Source: a virus. From it: DNA of 64,000 nt. Position numbers and translations under genes: made by a program. The notes under the pieces are model-generated. The model worked only from the letters and a program-made list of their open reading frames with translations. It was not told where the DNA came from and ran no database searches. Shown here piece after piece: positions 1 to 10,588 of this stretch; positions within the stretch are counted from its first letter, which is position 1, and each line of letters opens with the position of its first letter. The DNA lies in the IMG/VR virus record IMGVR_UViG_3300013119_001061; one strand, 5' to 3'.

Positions 1-39
1 TTTTTTTTCGGTCAGAAGAAGATCAAAACACTGAACGTG

Positions 40-47
40 CATATTTA
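40..47 (+). promoter_or_regulatory. putative late promoter (CATATTTA)
   Basis: Matches the YATAnTTA motif that recurs just upstream of most structural genes. Confidence 0.5.
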
Positions 48-103
48 AATGTGTATGATGAATGCTTTGTGACATATATTACAATGTATATCAGGAGATA
101 AGA

Positions 104-331
104 ATGACAGAGCCAATTTTTGAAACATCAGATCTAGCACTTGCTGCCTTCGTTCAGAGCAACGGGTTAGTTTTGGTAGATTGGCGAAAGTCTGACCGAG
201 GTATCGTAACCTTCGTATTTAATGATGAAAAAAATGAGTCAAAAAGCTTGATGGTCGCATATTTAAACTCGGATGAACGAAGCTTCCATGAAAACCTTAA
301 GGCTCTCAAGCGGTTAACTTCATCTAAATAA
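104..331 (+). CDS. small hypothetical protein, DUF5659-like
   Basis: ATG at 104 follows SD AGGAG, a better start than 62; the FETSDLALAAFV...IVTFVF pattern resembles DUF5659 proteins. Confidence 0.55.
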   Translation: MTEPIFETSDLALAAFVQSNGLVLVDWRKSDRGIVTFVFNDEKNESKSLMVAYLNSDERSFHENLKALKRLTSSK

Positions 332-492
332 ATATAAACATATAAATCCTGATCCCGATTCTAAACCTGATCATATTAAAATCCTTATAACGATGCTGAT
401 GTAGACTGTCCAAAGTACTGGTGGTTGCACATGGTGTGTATTTCCCGTCTGAAAAACGGACAGCAAGCCAAATTTCTATAAGGAGAAAAATA

Positions 493-2352
493 ATGGCTAA
501 AACAAAATTAGGCGGCAATCAGCTAAATTTTAGCGGTATGTCCGCATTTACAGGATCTGCAGGTGTTGCCCTCAGTTCTATTAGCGATTCATCATCAGGT
601 CTCGTTCTTTCTGCGTCACGTGTTTATCTTGCACAAAATCCAGCAGAAAGCCTCGAAGCTGCCACAAAGGCATATGTTGATAGCGTCGCAGGCGGTGGTG
701 TAACATCACAACAAGTTGCATACGGAAATGCAGATGGTTCATCAGTAGCATCAGACTCAGGATTATGGTACTCACCTGGTGAGGATAAGCTTTATTTATC
801 AGGAACATTTGAAGGATCAGCATTGCAATCTGTTGCAGCTCTAGACATTGATGCGCTTTCTGGCGCATTAGCTCTTGATGGTTCTGGAGGCATTAACATC
901 GGTACATCAACTGATGTCGCAGTTGATTTCAATGCATCGACATGGGATCTGGATGCTTCTGGTGCAATTACAGTCGATGGTGTTGGTCTGTCTCTTGACT
1001 CGACTTCTGCTGCAAACTTGACTGCAACGGGTGCTACTTTGGTCCTTTCCACAGTTACATCTGGTGAACTTGATATTACATCAGCTGATTTATTGGACAT
1101 TAACGCAGGTGCAAATCTTGATATTGATGTTACAGGCACATATGCAATGGACTCAACTTCAACATTCTCAATTGATGGTGTTGGTGCGTCTAACGTAACA
1201 ACAAACGGTGCATTGACATTGTCAGGTTCAACGGGATTAAATCTCAAGAACGATTCCGGCACAATAGATATGGACAGTCGACAAGGTGCAATCGACATTG
1301 ACGCTGCTACAACTATCGACATCGATGGTGCAACCGGCATTAATATCGGTAAAGCTGCCGATGTTGCTGTTGACTTTGACTCTGCAGCATTCGATCTTGA
1401 TGCTTCTGGTGCAATCACAATTGACGGAACTTCAACATTCTCAGTTGATGCAGTTGGCACGTCTAACGTGACAACAAACGGTGCACTTACAATCTCTGGT
1501 TCAACAGGCTTGAATCTTGATGCAGACAGTGGCACACTTTCAATCCAAGCTCGTCTTGGTGGTGTTGATGTTGACGCAGTTGCAGGTGCATTAGCTCTTG
1601 ATGGTGCAGGTGGTATTAACATCGGTACAGCAGCTGATGTCGCAGTTGACTTTGACTCTGCAGCATTCGATCTAGATGCTTCTGGTGCAATCACAATTGA
1701 TACAACGTCAGGTGGTATCTCTCTAGATGCTGCATCTGGTCCAGTAAATCTTACCTCGGGCGACAGCGGGGCCTCCGTCGGAGCCGCTTCAACGCTAGCG
1801 CTTACTGCAGGTACAACGTCGACATACACTGCGGGTACATCAATTGCATTGTCCGTCGCCGGCAACGCCGTTGCAACAGTATCAGCTAACACACTTACAA
1901 TTAGTGATGCCGATACGTTAGCATTAGGTGCGTCAACATTGTCTGGTGAAACAGCAATAGGCTGGAAAGAGCCTTCATTTGTAAGTAACTTTGCGTTGGT
2001 TACTGCTACAGCAGCAGATACTGAAGCCAATACAAAGGGATCAATTGTTGCAGGTGACGGAATTGCGTCTATGGTGTATTCAGGTTCAGGTGCAGGTGCT
2101 CACAATCCAGGACTAATTCTCTCTGGTGCGACCGGCGCAGAATCACTAAGAATGAACTCTCTAAGAGTTTATAACAATGGTCTCTTGCTCCAGTCGGGAT
2201 CATCATATGATTATGTAGCCAGCTATATCCTAACAGGATCAGGCAACGCATTCGGCGGACTCAAGGTTGAGTTCAACAGTGCAGCAGAGCCAGTAGCAGG
2301 TGACGTGCTCTCAGTTGATGTTGCAGCTGTAGCAGCTCACGGCCAAGCATAA
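493..2352 (+). CDS. virion fibre/spike-like protein with beta-helix-type repeats
   Basis: AAGGAG SD then ATG at 493; rich in Gly/Ala/Ser/Thr/Asp; ATKAYVD fibre motif; internal repeats; followed by a strong terminator. Confidence 0.65.
   Translation: MAKTKLGGNQLNFSGMSAFTGSAGVALSSISDSSSGLVLSASRVYLAQNPAESLEAATKAYVDSVAGGGVTSQQVAYGNADGSSVASDSGLWYSPGEDKLYLSGTFEGSALQSVAALDIDALSGALALDGSGGINIGTSTDVAVDFNASTWDLDASGAITVDGVGLSLDSTSAANLTATGATLVLSTVTSGELDITSADLLDINAGANLDIDVTGTYAMDSTSTFSIDGVGASNVTTNGALTLSGSTGLNLKNDSGTIDMDSRQGAIDIDAATTIDIDGATGINIGKAADVAVDFDSAAFDLDASGAITIDGTSTFSVDAVGTSNVTTNGALTISGSTGLNLDADSGTLSIQARLGGVDVDAVAGALALDGAGGINIGTAADVAVDFDSAAFDLDASGAITIDTTSGGISLDAASGPVNLTSGDSGASVGAASTLALTAGTTSTYTAGTSIALSVAGNAVATVSANTLTISDADTLALGASTLSGETAIGWKEPSFVSNFALVTATAADTEANTKGSIVAGDGIASMVYSGSGAGAHNPGLILSGATGAESLRMNSLRVYNNGLLLQSGSSYDYVASYILTGSGNAFGGLKVEFNSAAEPVAGDVLSVDVAAVAAHGQA
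865..1701 (+). repeat. intragenic imperfect repeats (~91-aa unit)
   Basis: DGxxGINIGxxxDVAVDFxxxxxDLDASGAIT at ~865, ~1324 and ~1588; TSTFSxDxVGxSNVTTNGALTxSGSTGLNL at 1156 and 1429 (273 nt apart). Confidence 0.85.
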
Positions 2353-2408
2353 TAAACATCTTTAAATTATAGCACTCCATAGGGAGGTATAAAATAAACT
2401 TAGTTTTG

Positions 2409-2436
2409 GGGGCCCGCTTCGGCGGGCCCCTTTTTT
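2409..2436 (+). terminator. Rho-independent terminator
   Basis: GGGGCCCGC-TTCG-GCGGGCCCC followed by TTTTTT. Confidence 0.95.
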
Positions 2437-2445
2437 ATTTGCTTG

Positions 2446-2453
2446 TATATTTA
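2446..2453 (+). promoter_or_regulatory. putative late promoter (TATATTTA)
   Basis: Motif lies directly after the terminator and before the baseplate operon. Confidence 0.65.
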
Positions 2454-2490
2454 ACAGTAGAGATCTATTTCTTTTTAATGAATAACAATT

Positions 2491-3456
2491 ATGTCAGGTT
2501 TACTAGATAGCAAAAAAAGATTTGTTGATACCGTAATTACAGCAGAAGGCCGCCGACAATTAGCTCTTGGTGGCTTTGGTGTAGAATATGTTACATTTAC
2601 CGATAAAGACATCTTTTACGGACAAGATGTTGCAAGCGGAACAATTGACCAATCTGAACTAATACAACTTGAAGCTCCGTCTTCTCTTCCTAGTGATGTG
2701 CTTGTTTTAGAGACCAATGTTTTTGGAAATGCAGTTGCAGAAGTTGTGTCAGGAATCTCTGGGTCTTCTGCAAATCCCGTAAGTATTATGGATGGCAGAC
2801 TTGTCCAATTCAATTCAGCATCAAAGAATGTAATCACAGGGTCAGAATACCAAACAATAATGAAGAGCATTTTAAACTCTACATTAAATAATTTTAAGTC
2901 TCTTGAAACTGTCGCAACCATTGACCCGTTTTTAGAAGATCAAGATTTTAAAATAAGTCAAAATGAAATACAGTTTGAAATAAGAAATGATAACATAGAT
3001 TCTTTTTGCTCTTTCCCAGATGCAGAAATTGATCGTGACGCTGAAAGTATTGACCAAGATAGGCACCTGTCGCATATTGACTGCTATAAATATTTACCAC
3101 CAAGAAATAAATCAAATGTAGCAGATGATCAAGGAGAGCTCCTGGCAGACTATCCTAATAACTCCCAGGCAGATATTGTCTCATTAGAAGACTACAATAA
3201 CGAAGTAATGTTTTTGCCGAGAAGAGATATTGAAATTACAAATACGTCAGTTGCTAATAATTTAGTTTGTCAACTTTATGATACGTCAGGCGATTTTATA
3301 ACTCCTTTAAAAGCAATTGATTTTGGGGAATTTGCAACAGGTGATCCGGATCGACCCACAAAAAGAGTTTATTTTGTTGGGAAGCTATTTTCCCCCGAGA
3401 CAAACAACAGAAAAACATCTGTATATGTTAATATGTTTACTTTGGAGTTTGACTAA
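2491..3456 (+). CDS. putative baseplate/virion structural protein
   Basis: N-terminal DTVITAEGRRQLA...F is paralogous to the N-terminus of 12645..13331; context. Confidence 0.5.
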   Translation: MSGLLDSKKRFVDTVITAEGRRQLALGGFGVEYVTFTDKDIFYGQDVASGTIDQSELIQLEAPSSLPSDVLVLETNVFGNAVAEVVSGISGSSANPVSIMDGRLVQFNSASKNVITGSEYQTIMKSILNSTLNNFKSLETVATIDPFLEDQDFKISQNEIQFEIRNDNIDSFCSFPDAEIDRDAESIDQDRHLSHIDCYKYLPPRNKSNVADDQGELLADYPNNSQADIVSLEDYNNEVMFLPRRDIEITNTSVANNLVCQLYDTSGDFITPLKAIDFGEFATGDPDRPTKRVYFVGKLFSPETNNRKTSVYVNMFTLEFD

Positions 3457-6400
3457 TGCCATTTTTGCTAGGATTTGAAACACCAAAGTTTATTCGATCA
3501 GAGAATCCAACTAAAAACCAGATTTCAAAAAATATACCTACCGGATTCTCTATTCCCGGACTAGGTGTTAATGATATTTTTCTTCCGCCAGATTTGCCGT
3601 TTCTTCCAGAAGGTAAAATAGTAGAAAAAAACAAAAAGAAGAAAAGTAAAAGCGGCCAAAGAATAATAAGAACAGACTTAACAGACTTTACATCAATCAC
3701 TTCGGTTAAAACAGTTAGAAAGAAAATAACACTACCAGAAGGACAAATTGCAGAAGTAGGAACAGATGACGATGAAGCATACGAACTAAGTGTTAATTTT
3801 CTCGTAGACTTGAATGCCCTTAATACATTTAGAAAAAATTCTAAAAATCAAAAAGTTGATTTATGCGGCATCTCTCTTATCTCATCTGGAAAAAACAACC
3901 TGTCAGTAATTAAAAACAAGGGTTTTCTTATTTCAAGAATATTAAGAGATGAAAAGGCAATTAGAGCATCCAAAGAAGTTGCAAATAAAAACAAAAATCC
4001 TCTATATCCAGTTCAAATTACCTTCGATCTAAAAAAATCAGAGCTAGATGCAGTAGAAGACTTAAATTTATCTTTTTTGTTTTCTTTCTTTGAAAAAGGT
4101 CAAAAGAACAAATCGGTTATAAAGGACTTAGAGTTTGCAGTTCCGTATGACTTAAAAAAAGATTTAAAGGTCTTTTTTACAGTAAAGAATCCAGTTAAAA
4201 TATCTGCATCAACTTTGACATTTAGCAAGACTCTTCTGACAATAGAAAAACCTTCGAATTGCAATGCCAAAGGTGTCAACATATTTAGAAGAAAACTTGT
4301 AGGTTTAAACTTGCCAAGCAAAAAGCAAGAACCCTTTCGTTTTTTAACGTCAGTTGATTTTGAAAGTCAAACAAACACAAAGCTTGATGAGGCATATCAA
4401 ACCATTATTATTGTAGGTGATGATAACGAAGACAATAAAAAAAGATTCAATCTTCCCCACATAGACAATTCTTTTGGCTACGTTTATCGAGCTATTCCTG
4501 TCGGCTACGAAAATGCTCCTGCAATTGTTTTTGATGATTCTATTACACGGCCTATGGGACAAGGTAGTTTTGAAACAGGTTCAGACTTTAGAGTCTTTCC
4601 AATACCTGAAAGCGGGAAAAATGCATCAAACGGATCTAGCATACCATTAGTAACTTCTAAGATAACGGGATACGCATTTAAAGATTCAAACTTTTTAGGT
4701 GTTGATGCACCTGCAATTTCAATTGAAAACAAAATTGGTGTATGCAGCTATTCTTCTAAAGAAGGAATTGTGGTAATTTTAGGCAATGTAAGCAATCAAG
4801 GAATTATAACAGTTCTTAGAAAAGATATTACTGCAGGTGATAAAAAGTTTTCTATTGTAAAAATTGAAGACTCAAAAGACAAAGAGACTATTACTCTTAT
4901 TGATGAAAATGTTATTGATAGTCACGCATATGAATATGCAATTAAAACAACGTCTGTAGGTGGTGTATGCTCATATTCGCAAGATAGATCTACAACAATA
5001 TTTAGAGATGAAAAATTACTTTCTAATTTTGGAATAAATTTAAGAACAGAAGTGCAAGAAGCATCTTCCAGTGCTGTGAAAATAAAAATAGACGTGTCAT
5101 TGCCTCAAAATATGCTTTCTCTTATTGCAGCCCTTTTGGGAGGAAGAAATGAATCAGATGTTTTCTTAAAAGACATTATTAGAGGAAGAAAAGATCTTAC
5201 TCCTCAAATTTCTCTTGTGTTGACAAGGATGAATATAAGCACAGGGCAAGAAGTCTCTTTTAAGATGTCCGAAAGCCCAGGTAACTTTAAAACTGCAAAG
5301 ACAGAATCAAAAGATCAAAAAGATGAGGATAAACTTCCCAATGTTTCATCTTTTATTTTCACAGATAACAACATTTCAGCCGGCTCCAAATACAAGTATG
5401 AAGTAAGAGTTAATCTAAGAGAACCGCTAAGTTTAACTGATGAACTTACACCCGTAATTAGAGCGGGAAGTGAACCTTATATTTATCAGTCATGCAAAAA
5501 CTCAAATCCTCTTTTCTTAAACAAGGGAATACTTCCCCCAACACAAAAAGAAGAAGATTTTATAAAGCAAAAAAATATTCAAAATGGAAAACTTAGATTA
5601 CTAAATTTATTTACCCCTGAGGATGAATTTGATTTAGGCGCTACAAAGATTAAAACAATTATTCCATTTAGCGACTTTATGCGTATACCTAGCAGTGAAG
5701 ATACTAAGTTAAAAATTCAAAATCATAGATTTGTTCGAGAAAAAGTATCAGAGTTATCTTGGATAGTAAAGGGAAATGAACATATAAATTATTATGAAGT
5801 CTTGTCTGAAGACACATTTATAAATTTTACAAATAAAAGAAAGTTCATAAAGACATCTTACGTTGCGTCTGTTGCCGCGCAATCAGAGGACAATTCAAAA
5901 ACATTTACTATGGAAGATAGCTTGGATAGGCTGGATAATGACGATATAAGTGATTTTAATAGTTTTTCCAATATGAATATTATGTCATTACAAGATGATA
6001 TTGATTCTTTGAAAGTAGATATTAAAAGAAGGTATATTGTTAATGCTATAGGATTCGATGAATCTGTTGTTAAATCAATTAAAACAGATAGCGTTGTTAT
6101 TTTAAATAACCGAATTAGAAAAGCCAAAAGAGGAATTAAGTTTGTTTTCAATCCGGGTAATTTAAATAGCAAATCTAAAAAAGTAGAAAAAATAAAAAGA
6201 AGAAAAAGAGAAGGAAAGCGGGCTGAGAATAATATTAAGTTTTTAGCAAGGGCGGGCAATGAAATAGCTACACGACAAAAAAATATTATAGGTTCTAATA
6301 TTAATGCTTTTAGCAAGGGGCGACAAGAAATTAATGAAAGTAGCGCTTCAACATTCCAGCTACCAAAAAATAGAAATTTTTCAAAATCTACAAACGCATT

Positions 6401-6482
6401 CATTCGAAAACAAGGCGTGAAAAAAGTTCAAAAAATATCTCGAGTTAAAAAAATCTTTAACTTAAGCCCGTTTAGCTTTTAA
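3456..6482 (+). CDS. large virion-associated protein with FN3/Ig-like segments
   Basis: 1008-aa ORF; LIDENV...YEYAIK and FTDNNI...KYKYEVR resemble FN3 F-strand patterns; TAATG coupling to the upstream gene. Confidence 0.45.
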   Translation: MPFLLGFETPKFIRSENPTKNQISKNIPTGFSIPGLGVNDIFLPPDLPFLPEGKIVEKNKKKKSKSGQRIIRTDLTDFTSITSVKTVRKKITLPEGQIAEVGTDDDEAYELSVNFLVDLNALNTFRKNSKNQKVDLCGISLISSGKNNLSVIKNKGFLISRILRDEKAIRASKEVANKNKNPLYPVQITFDLKKSELDAVEDLNLSFLFSFFEKGQKNKSVIKDLEFAVPYDLKKDLKVFFTVKNPVKISASTLTFSKTLLTIEKPSNCNAKGVNIFRRKLVGLNLPSKKQEPFRFLTSVDFESQTNTKLDEAYQTIIIVGDDNEDNKKRFNLPHIDNSFGYVYRAIPVGYENAPAIVFDDSITRPMGQGSFETGSDFRVFPIPESGKNASNGSSIPLVTSKITGYAFKDSNFLGVDAPAISIENKIGVCSYSSKEGIVVILGNVSNQGIITVLRKDITAGDKKFSIVKIEDSKDKETITLIDENVIDSHAYEYAIKTTSVGGVCSYSQDRSTTIFRDEKLLSNFGINLRTEVQEASSSAVKIKIDVSLPQNMLSLIAALLGGRNESDVFLKDIIRGRKDLTPQISLVLTRMNISTGQEVSFKMSESPGNFKTAKTESKDQKDEDKLPNVSSFIFTDNNISAGSKYKYEVRVNLREPLSLTDELTPVIRAGSEPYIYQSCKNSNPLFLNKGILPPTQKEEDFIKQKNIQNGKLRLLNLFTPEDEFDLGATKIKTIIPFSDFMRIPSSEDTKLKIQNHRFVREKVSELSWIVKGNEHINYYEVLSEDTFINFTNKRKFIKTSYVASVAAQSEDNSKTFTMEDSLDRLDNDDISDFNSFSNMNIMSLQDDIDSLKVDIKRRYIVNAIGFDESVVKSIKTDSVVILNNRIRKAKRGIKFVFNPGNLNSKSKKVEKIKRRKREGKRAENNIKFLARAGNEIATRQKNIIGSNINAFSKGRQEINESSASTFQLPKNRNFSKSTNAFIRKQGVKKVQKISRVKKIFNLSPFSF

Positions 6483-6495
6483 TTAGGAAAGTATT

Positions 6496-9400
6496 GTGCC
6501 CAGAAATAATCCCCCAAATGCTAGTTCTTTTAACCAAGTAGCCGAATCACAATCAAATGCCGCCGGAGCAGCATCAAGATTAGCTAGAGAAGTAGATCAA
6601 GCTGAACAATCTTTGATACGTATGGGATCGATTAACGCCATGGCGCCAGGCATTCAGGTTTTAACACCCCAGCCTGAAATTGATACTCCATCAGGAAGAT
6701 CACTGTTGAATTATGACGGAATGCCCTATTCTGTACATAAAAGATCTGTATCGGTTAAAAAACCAGAAATTCTTGGAAGATTTACATTTAAGCCTGTTTT
6801 TAAATCTACCGGAGAGCTCACACCAGAAGGAAGCTTCATCGATACACAGATTAATGCAAGAAAAATAAGAATTAATGATATCGAGTCTTTATTTGATGAG
6901 ATGACAAAAAATCCAGATAGCCCAACAGGAAAGCTTGCGGAAAAATTAATAGAAGAGCTAGATCAAAAAATTAAAGAAGCAGAAGCAGATCAATCACAAA
7001 TTTTTGATATTACCAATAGAATAAATGAATTTATTTCAAAGCTAAAAATAAAAGAATCTCAAGAGTCACTAGCAGAAAAAATGGAAGAAGCTCGTGATAA
7101 GCGCCTTGATGAAGATGATTTTTTACCAGAGTCGCTAAAGAAAAAGCAAGATTTTAGATCGATGTTAATCAATAATCATTCGTTTACTCCAGATCAAATC
7201 AATAATTTTTCTGCTACGAAGCTAATGTATTACTTAGAGCATGATATCAAAAGTTTGTTAATGGGACCAGCATTTAGCAAAGTAAAGATAGATTCACTTC
7301 CCTCAATAAGACAAAGAATACCAGAAAATTTTGATGAATTTAGGTCTAAAGATGGACAGCGATTTCTTTATGCTACACCAGAAATAAACTTACTTAAACC
7401 CTTCAATCAGGGCATAATTGATGCAACTGCAAGACTTGCAGCTGCTGAGTCTTTTGTAGACTTTGAACCCCTTTCATTTCGTCTAGATGCAAGAGACTAT
7501 TTTAGAAACCCTACCACTCACAGGGCGTGCAACTTATTAATATCTTCAATTTCTAAAAACTTCTTACAAAGCTCTGCAATAGGAAATGATGAATTTATCA
7601 ATAAGCTAAAGGAAGATTTTAAAATTACAGGAGAAGCACGTTCTTCTAACTTTGCAGATGTACTTTTTTCAATAGACGAAAATAATCCAACACCTGCAAC
7701 AGTTGATAGAAATAATTCATTTACAAAAGCTGTGGTCTACAATCAGGCACCAGAATCAATCGAAATATTACGCCCGTTTGATCCAGACTCACCTGGAAAA
7801 CTAAATATGATGGGCGACAATAATTCTTCTCTAGCAGTTAATACACTTTTTCACAAGCTCATAAAGCCAATATTAGACTCTGCATCTGAAGGAAATGATC
7901 CAGATACTACTGCTATTGATAGGTATCTTAAAGAAGTTCCCAAGAAAATTAGAGATACAGCGGACACAATTGAGTATTTCCTCGGATTAAAAAACCCAGA
8001 GTTTGATCCTCTTAATATACTAAATACTGCTTTGGAAAATATAAAGTATAGACTTGATGATATTGATCTTTCTGATACTGGGCTTATAACTAATAAAACA
8101 ATTGATTTTTGCCTTTTAAGTGCGGCATTTGAAGATTCAATCGATAACGGTGTTGTAAATCATAAGAGAAAGTATACAGTAGATACATCAAGAGTGGTAG
8201 AAGGCGGATATAGGATACGCAGTTCAGAAGAACGAGAAGACGATCAACCTCTCTGGGTCTATCCTATTAACTCGCTTTTAACTGCATTTATTACCGCGAT
8301 AGGGAAAAAAGAAGATAGAAATTTTTGTAATCTTGTGCCGGATTTAAGTGAACCGGCGATGTCAGGTGCTGATTATCAAAATTTGATTACTCTTTTGTCA
8401 AAAAATGCAAGATATACATTGACAGATGCATTTCCTGAAGATTCAACGAACTTCGCAGATCCTAGTTACGACTTTCCAGAGATGCGAACCTTATCTGGGA
8501 TTGCAAATCCTGAATATCCTGGAAAGATTTTTTCAAGTCCAGATAATGCTGTACCTATAACAAATCTCAAAAGAGTAATCAGAGATCTCCAGAATATTGA
8601 AACTGCCAGATCAGCATGGGGAAATGAAGAAAATCTTGCACGCGTCCCGGGAGGAACCAAAGTAGGGTTTGATCAAGGATCAGCTTCGGGATCTCCTCTT
8701 AATGAAATTAGATCTGCAAATAATATACTCTTTAAAAGAACAAATTCAGGACAAATAGAAAGAAGACTTCTTGCAGTAGGAAGAACCAATGAAATTAACG
8801 AAAGTATTTTTGGTGATATTTTAGAGCATATTGAGGCGTTATTTGAAGCATCGACTAATCGAGGCTCAATAGTTGATCCAACAACAAACAGGATGATTTC
8901 TTCTAAAGTAGACCCGTCAGTTTTAACTTCATTCCTCATTTCAGTTTACTCACATATTATTCACAATCTTGTGGGCTTAAGATTCGATAAAATTGCAATG
9001 AATAGCAATGGACAAGAAAACTATAACTTAAGACATTTTTGGAAAGTTCAAGGTGTGGTTCCGATCCAGCTTCATATTGCAGATAAATCTGTGACGTTTA
9101 AGTTCAAGAATCATCTTGATCACTATATTGATGGAGACAAGGAAATAAATACGCCCGGAAAATTAAAAACTTTTTTAGATGGTTTTAAAGAAGAGTATAG
9201 AGGGGATCAAAAAGTCGCTCTTGACTTTGTAGATACGATGAGAGCTTTGGCTAATGAGCTTGAAGAAGTTGTTCAAAATCTAAAGGTGTCATTTTCTAAT
9301 AATGAAAGTAATCCAAAAAATAATTCTGCATTTAAAAGAGTCGCTTCTTATATTGATGATGCAACAGAGCCGGCCCAAGTTATACTTTCAAAAAATAAGC

Positions 9401-10584
9401 TTTTATCAATCAAGTCTAAGAAAGGCAAAGAAAGATATTTCGATGATTTTATGGTAAATCCTGCACAAGAAAACTTTTTCTTGACGATGCTAAGAAATCA
9501 AAACGAGCCTGAGGCAGACAATATGGATATCTTACCTGTTGGAATTCCATTTGGGTTCACAAGAGCAGTACTTGGAAAAAATCCAATACTCGACCCGGCC
9601 GGATTTAGCAACAGATTTGTTGATATCATTGTTTACAAAAGAGATTTAATTTTAGGAAAAAGAGTCCAAGTAAGCAAAAAGAAATTTACATTTGATTTAA
9701 ACATGTTTGTTGATGAAGTAACAGATCCTGTTGTTTCCGATCCAGAAACAAGAACAAATTCAATTATTGATCCAGAATCAAAGCAAATTCTTATAAGTAA
9801 ATCAATAACTGAGAGAAATTTTCCAGCTAACTTGCAGAATGTTTTAAAAAACAACATAAAGTTTCGACAAGTGTTCTTTGAAGATAAAGATCCAGAAATT
9901 ATACCGTTTTCACTTGAGGGCAATATTGGATCTTCACCTGCGCCCCAAGTTTTCAAAAATCATGTACTAGATTACGTTGCTAAAACTTATATAAAGCTTA
10001 CAACAGGTATGGAAATAGATGAGCAAAATATCTTTATTGATCCAAAGTTTGAAAGAAGGAATGCAAACGAACAAGATCTTGCAAATTTTCATGAGCTTAT
10101 GAATGCCCAGCTTGCATCTATTTTGGGAAGAGATGTAAGTTTTGCTGATTACTTGCAAGATGATAGAAATACTAGGGAGATTTTGAATCGTCTAACAAAA
10201 GGAGTAAAAACCAGCCCAATAATTGAAGAAGTTAAATTATTTTTAGAGGGAACGTCAGATAACCAGAACATTATTACGTCTAAAGATTTGATGACATTTA
10301 CTAAAATGCTTAGTCCAAAAAATTCACTCATCACCCCCGGACTCACAAGAGACAAAGTGTCAGCACCCAAACTTTTTGAAAGAGTTTTTTGTATTTTTGT
10401 AGACCCGGATGACTTCGATATTGTTTCGAATATTGAAGAGTCTGATTTAATTAATAGTAAGCTAGGGTCTAGATATATTGATGGAAGACCTGGAAATCTA
10501 TCTTTTAAACAAATTCCCAAGTCTGCCGGACTTCCACAAGCTACAACATACAATGTTGTCATAAAGGAATCAGGAGAAGAGTAA
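6496..10584 (+). CDS. large hypothetical (probable structural) protein
   Basis: 1362-aa ORF with GTG start after AGGA; N-terminal coiled-coil; no recognised motif. Confidence 0.45.
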   Translation: MPRNNPPNASSFNQVAESQSNAAGAASRLAREVDQAEQSLIRMGSINAMAPGIQVLTPQPEIDTPSGRSLLNYDGMPYSVHKRSVSVKKPEILGRFTFKPVFKSTGELTPEGSFIDTQINARKIRINDIESLFDEMTKNPDSPTGKLAEKLIEELDQKIKEAEADQSQIFDITNRINEFISKLKIKESQESLAEKMEEARDKRLDEDDFLPESLKKKQDFRSMLINNHSFTPDQINNFSATKLMYYLEHDIKSLLMGPAFSKVKIDSLPSIRQRIPENFDEFRSKDGQRFLYATPEINLLKPFNQGIIDATARLAAAESFVDFEPLSFRLDARDYFRNPTTHRACNLLISSISKNFLQSSAIGNDEFINKLKEDFKITGEARSSNFADVLFSIDENNPTPATVDRNNSFTKAVVYNQAPESIEILRPFDPDSPGKLNMMGDNNSSLAVNTLFHKLIKPILDSASEGNDPDTTAIDRYLKEVPKKIRDTADTIEYFLGLKNPEFDPLNILNTALENIKYRLDDIDLSDTGLITNKTIDFCLLSAAFEDSIDNGVVNHKRKYTVDTSRVVEGGYRIRSSEEREDDQPLWVYPINSLLTAFITAIGKKEDRNFCNLVPDLSEPAMSGADYQNLITLLSKNARYTLTDAFPEDSTNFADPSYDFPEMRTLSGIANPEYPGKIFSSPDNAVPITNLKRVIRDLQNIETARSAWGNEENLARVPGGTKVGFDQGSASGSPLNEIRSANNILFKRTNSGQIERRLLAVGRTNEINESIFGDILEHIEALFEASTNRGSIVDPTTNRMISSKVDPSVLTSFLISVYSHIIHNLVGLRFDKIAMNSNGQENYNLRHFWKVQGVVPIQLHIADKSVTFKFKNHLDHYIDGDKEINTPGKLKTFLDGFKEEYRGDQKVALDFVDTMRALANELEEVVQNLKVSFSNNESNPKNNSAFKRVASYIDDATEPAQVILSKNKLLSIKSKKGKERYFDDFMVNPAQENFFLTMLRNQNEPEADNMDILPVGIPFGFTRAVLGKNPILDPAGFSNRFVDIIVYKRDLILGKRVQVSKKKFTFDLNMFVDEVTDPVVSDPETRTNSIIDPESKQILISKSITERNFPANLQNVLKNNIKFRQVFFEDKDPEIIPFSLEGNIGSSPAPQVFKNHVLDYVAKTYIKLTTGMEIDEQNIFIDPKFERRNANEQDLANFHELMNAQLASILGRDVSFADYLQDDRNTREILNRLTKGVKTSPIIEEVKLFLEGTSDNQNIITSKDLMTFTKMLSPKNSLITPGLTRDKVSAPKLFERVFCIFVDPDDFDIVSNIEESDLINSKLGSRYIDGRPGNLSFKQIPKSAGLPQATTYNVVIKESGEE

Positions 10585-10588
10585 GAAG

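Noticed and set aside
421-492. Upstream starts given by the ORF track (62, 421, 27196, 30903, 35906, 49661, 62962)
   Set aside because: Downstream starts (104, 493, 27211, 30921, 35957, 49715, 63001) have proper SD spacing or coupling and avoid promoters and overlaps
865-1701. CRISPR array or DGR template/variable repeat
   Set aside because: Repeats are in-frame coding duplications with mostly synonymous, not adenine-specific, differences; no spacers, cas genes or reverse transcriptase in the window
792-2030. 412-aa minus-strand ORF and the other minus-strand ORFs in the track
   Set aside because: They lie wholly opposite well-supported plus-strand genes, lack RBS or motifs, and are expected from codon bias
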